Shown here piece by piece: positions 15,894-16,226 of a stretch of 16,226 nt of DNA (position 1 is the first letter of the stretch; each line of letters starts with the position of its first letter). Where the stretch lies: contig NZ_FUWK01000049.1 of assembly GCF_900167395.1 (NCBI RefSeq), positions 1 to 16,226 on the forward strand, read 5' to 3'. Source of the DNA: Nitrosomonas europaea (GTDB lineage: Bacteria; Pseudomonadota; Gammaproteobacteria; Burkholderiales; Nitrosomonadaceae). The notes beneath the pieces are model-generated. The model was not told the DNA's origin and made no database searches. It saw nothing but the letters and a program-made list of their open reading frames with translations. The position numbers and the translations under genes were made by a program.

Positions 15894-16226
15894 TGAATCG
15901 CCCCGGGTTTTGAGGAGGCTCCAACTTTTGAGAGAATGGAGCCATGAGCAATCAAACAAAGTTTTCCCCTGAAGTTCGTGAACGATCTGTTCGTCTGGTA
16001 CAGGAACATCGAGGCGAATATCCATCGCTATGGGCGGCGGTTGAATCAATTGCACCCAAGATTGGCTGTGTGCCCTCCACGTTGCTGGAATGGGTTAAAC
16101 GTAGCGAAATTAACAATGGCGCACGCGAAGGTCTGACAAGCAGTGAACGTGATCGCCTCAAGGCGTTGGAGCGTGAGAACAGGGAACTGCGCCGAGCCAA
16201 TGAGATATTGAAAACAGCCAGTGCTT
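15894..16226 (+). mobile_element. Left end of an IS3-family insertion sequence (continues beyond window end)
   Basis: The sequence from 15894, TGAATCGCCCCGGGTTTTGAGG..., has the 5'-TG start and C-rich core typical of IS3-family terminal repeats. It begins where similarity to the LAL regulator stops. It lies 50 nt upstream of an IS3-type orfA with a GGAG SD. Confidence 0.7.
15944..16226 (+). CDS. IS3-family transposase OrfA (HTH/leucine-zipper part), partial at window end
   Basis: ATG 15944 reads [94 protein letters not shown]..., with no stop before the window end. This is the highly conserved IS3-family OrfA sequence (FS.E.RERAVR.V.EH..EY.S.WAA..SIA.K.GC...TL..W....E.D.G...[24 protein letters not shown]). 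It is absent from the track because it lacks a stop. Confidence 0.9.
   Translation, partial: MSNQTKFSPEVRERSVRLVQEHRGEYPSLWAAVESIAPKIGCVPSTLLEWVKRSEINNGAREGLTSSERDRLKALERENRELRRANEILKTASA

Noticed and set aside
1-16226. Search for CRISPR arrays, tRNA/rRNA genes and long direct repeats
   Set aside because: I saw no regularly spaced direct repeats, no cloverleaf-compatible segments and no rRNA-like sequence on reading either strand.

Overview
This 16.2 kb bacterial chromosomal window centres on an intact cytochrome-c-type nitric oxide reductase cluster, norC-norB-norQ-norD (minus strand, 4221-8843). Heavy mobile-element debris surrounds it. On the left are the first 263 nt of an IS5-family transposase gene (runs off the window), a multiply disrupted autotransporter pseudogene (about 447-3229), and a 5'-truncated, frameshifted IS1595-family transposase remnant (about 3230-4162). 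That remnant is itself interrupted by a roughly 109-bp, very AT-rich insertion with MITE-like inverted ends. Right of the nor genes lie a DUF2569-type membrane protein, a 374-aa protein I read as a bacterial archaeo-eukaryotic release-factor-like (baeRF / Balon-type) protein, and a YneI/Sad-type succinate-semialdehyde dehydrogenase placed 10 nt behind it. These are followed by a PrlF-YhaV type II toxin-antitoxin pair, a YliI-type PQQ-dependent soluble sugar dehydrogenase, and the N-terminal stub of a MalT/LAL-type ATPase regulator cut by an IS3-family insertion that runs off the right end. I saw no rRNA, tRNA or CRISPR array. The most interesting item is the release-factor-like gene and its apparent coupling to the aldehyde dehydrogenase. 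All family assignments come from reading the translated ORFs against remembered family sequences and motifs. No searches were run.
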